Positions 62,594-64,000 of a DNA stretch of 64,000 bases are shown here, in pieces. Position numbers and translations under genes: made by a program. Below the pieces are notes generated by a model. It saw only the letters and a list, made by a program, of their open reading frames with translations. It was not told where the DNA came from and ran no database searches. Within the stretch, counting starts at the first letter, position 1; every line of letters starts with the position of its first letter. The stretch is from a virus: IMG/VR virus record IMGVR_UViG_3300033074_002003. The stretch is one strand, 5' to 3'.

Positions 62594-62902
62594 ATGGCAC
62601 ACAAGCAAGTCACCATGGCGAAGGCGATCGAGTACGGGTATCCCATCGGGCGCCTCATGGAGGCACTCATCATCGATCGATACGAGTTCGTGAGTGTCGA
62701 CGAGGACGCCATCACCGTGCGTCTGGTCGAACCCGAGACTGCTGTCGAATCGATCGAGACGACCCTCACCGAGTCGGGTGTCATCAAGCCCACGGCCCAC
62801 ATGCCGGGTTGGTACGAGCTCGACTGTGACGAGGGCATGCTCCGCGTGACCATCGAAAACTTCGGGGCGATGTTCACGTTCTTCTGCCTCGACGAGAGGT
62901 GA
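62594..62902 (+). CDS. hypothetical protein
   Basis: ORF track 102 aa. Confidence 0.5.
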   Translation: MAHKQVTMAKAIEYGYPIGRLMEALIIDRYEFVSVDEDAITVRLVEPETAVESIETTLTESGVIKPTAHMPGWYELDCDEGMLRVTIENFGAMFTFFCLDER

Positions 62903-62917
62903 CAGCCGCTCGCGAGT

Positions 62918-62927
62918 GGGATAGGAT
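62918..62927 (+). promoter_or_regulatory. -10 GGGATAGGAT, 6 nt before ATG 62934
   Basis: motif class variant. Confidence 0.35.
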
Positions 62928-62933
62928 CGTCTC

Positions 62934-63173
62934 ATGTTGAAACTGGTTGGTCGCGGCGTGTTCGCGGCAGACGTGCAGTGTGTCCAACTCATCGACACGG
63001 GAACAGACAAGCTCGATCGCTTTCTGAGTGATCTAGAAGACCTCATGCGGGCTGTCCCGTACTCCAGCTCACGGGATCGCGAAAGGGACTCGCGGCGCAT
63101 CAGTCGAATCAGGCGGTCTGTCGAGCTCCTCCGCGAGGAGATGCGTGACTTCCGCACGAACTTCCCGAAGTAG
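62934..63173 (+). CDS. hypothetical protein
   Basis: ORF track 79 aa. Confidence 0.45.
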   Translation: MLKLVGRGVFAADVQCVQLIDTGTDKLDRFLSDLEDLMRAVPYSSSRDRERDSRRISRIRRSVELLREEMRDFRTNFPK

Positions 63174-63210
63174 CGAGTCGCTTCGCATCTCGTGAAGGCG
63201 AGCGACGGGT

Positions 63211-63220
63211 GAGATAGAGT
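63211..63220 (+). promoter_or_regulatory. -10 GAGATAGAGT, 7 nt before ATG 63228
   Basis: motif class. Confidence 0.4.
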
Positions 63221-63227
63221 CTCGATC

Positions 63228-63476
63228 ATGGCCTACACCACCCGGCAGTTCACCATCACCACCGTCGACCTCGCTGGACACTCTCTGGGCGCTCCCATCA
63301 CGTACGTCGTCCACTCGCTGTACAACGCGAAGGGCGAGGTCGCGGACTGGATCGACGTGAAGGGGATGGACGACGAGGACGAGTTCCGCGAAGATCTCGA
63401 GGACTGGGACGGGATCGAGTCCCTGACACTGGAGAACGGCGACGGTGAGTCGATCACCGTCGAAGAAATCAAGTAG
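63228..63476 (+). CDS. hypothetical acidic protein
   Basis: ORF track 82 aa. Confidence 0.45.
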   Translation: MAYTTRQFTITTVDLAGHSLGAPITYVVHSLYNAKGEVADWIDVKGMDDEDEFREDLEDWDGIESLTLENGDGESITVEEIK

Positions 63477-63515
63477 ACGAGTGACTATCTGACGGGGAAG
63501 GATATACTCTCGATC

Positions 63516-63731
63516 ATGGACAACAACGACGTCACCCACCTGTTCTCCAACGACATCGTCACCCAGTTCCGCGGGGTGGACTGCTAGGCCGTTGGCTTCG
63601 TGCGCCGATATGACTACGAGCATCCCGACGGTCGTGCGGTGAGCTGTCACACGGGCTCGAGCAGCGACTACTGGGTCGCGGGTGACAAGCGCGGGTACTG
63701 GGGCGAGCTCGAGTCCTGGTGCAAGTCACAG
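63516..63731 (+). other. 71-codon reading frame interrupted by a single in-frame TAG at about 63585 (MDNNDVTHLFSNDIVTQFRGVDC*AVGFVRRYDYEHPDGRAVSC...)
   Basis: preceded by -10 GGATATACT + 7 nt + ATG; downstream segment keeps high-GC3 coding look. Confidence 0.3.
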
Positions 63732-63753
63732 TGATCTGGGATACAAGAAGATC

Positions 63754-64000
63754 ATGAGCGAGTTGCAAGCACACTACGAGATGATGCGGACGGGTTGTTG
63801 GGCCGATGCCGACGAGTCACACTGCCCGTGTGGTGGACGCGGATACGCCCTCTCTGAGGTGGATACCTGGCACGAGTGCCCGATCCATCACGTCACGGGC
63901 CAGCACCACCCTGAGGACGAGTGCGACTGTGGTGAGATCCCGTGTGTCTCATTCTCTACTCCCACGGTTCCCGTGATGGTGCCGGCGGTTCCCACGTCCT
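63754..64000 (+). CDS. hypothetical Cys/His-rich protein (partial, runs off window)
   Basis: MSELQAHYEMMRTGCWADADESHCPCGGRGY...; no stop before 64000. Confidence 0.4.
   Translation, partial: MSELQAHYEMMRTGCWADADESHCPCGGRGYALSEVDTWHECPIHHVTGQHHPEDECDCGEIPCVSFSTPTVPVMVPAVPTS

Overview
High-GC (about 60-65%) double-stranded DNA phage-like region, most probably from a large actinobacteriophage. Supporting signals: leaderless promoters, hairpin terminators without U-tracts, phage-borne tRNAs plus a tmRNA, and three AT-rich homing endonucleases. Layout: (i) 1-11 kb, about 30 small plus-strand ORFs of unknown function, many translationally coupled; (ii) 11-25 kb, a tail-fibre-like beta-helix protein, a membrane/lipoprotein cluster, a GIY-YIG homing endonuclease next to an RNA-ligase-like gene, a triplet of paralogous genes, an SGNH hydrolase, an MBD4-like HhH-GPD DNA glycosylase, a large unknown protein, a possible toxin/zinc-finger pair and a GroEL-like chaperonin; (iii) 26-45.5 kb, a striking minus-strand tandem array of about 65 small paralogous ORFs (60-170 aa). 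Each array ORF has an N-terminal hRVGDL[VI]...G.VGVV KOW/SH3-like motif and a C-terminal RV[IV][AS]R-stop. Almost all are coupled by ATGA/GTGA start-stop overlaps. A few non-family genes interrupt the array, and a 640-bp regulatory gap splits it. (iv) 45.5-50.4 kb, a RecA-family ATPase, a tRNA cluster (Tyr, Phe, Met, an Arg-like tRNA), a tmRNA with tag ANDNGTSLALAA and a PD-(D/E)XK-like endonuclease. (v) 50.4-64 kb, a MoxR AAA+ ATPase with its VWA/zincin partner, a LuxR-type HTH, lipoproteins, two more tRNAs, an HNH endonuclease and many small genes. The small genes sit behind a recurrent extended -10 motif (TGGTAGAGT, then 6-7 nt, then ATG) typical of leaderless mRNAs. The paralog array is the most likely novel system in the window.
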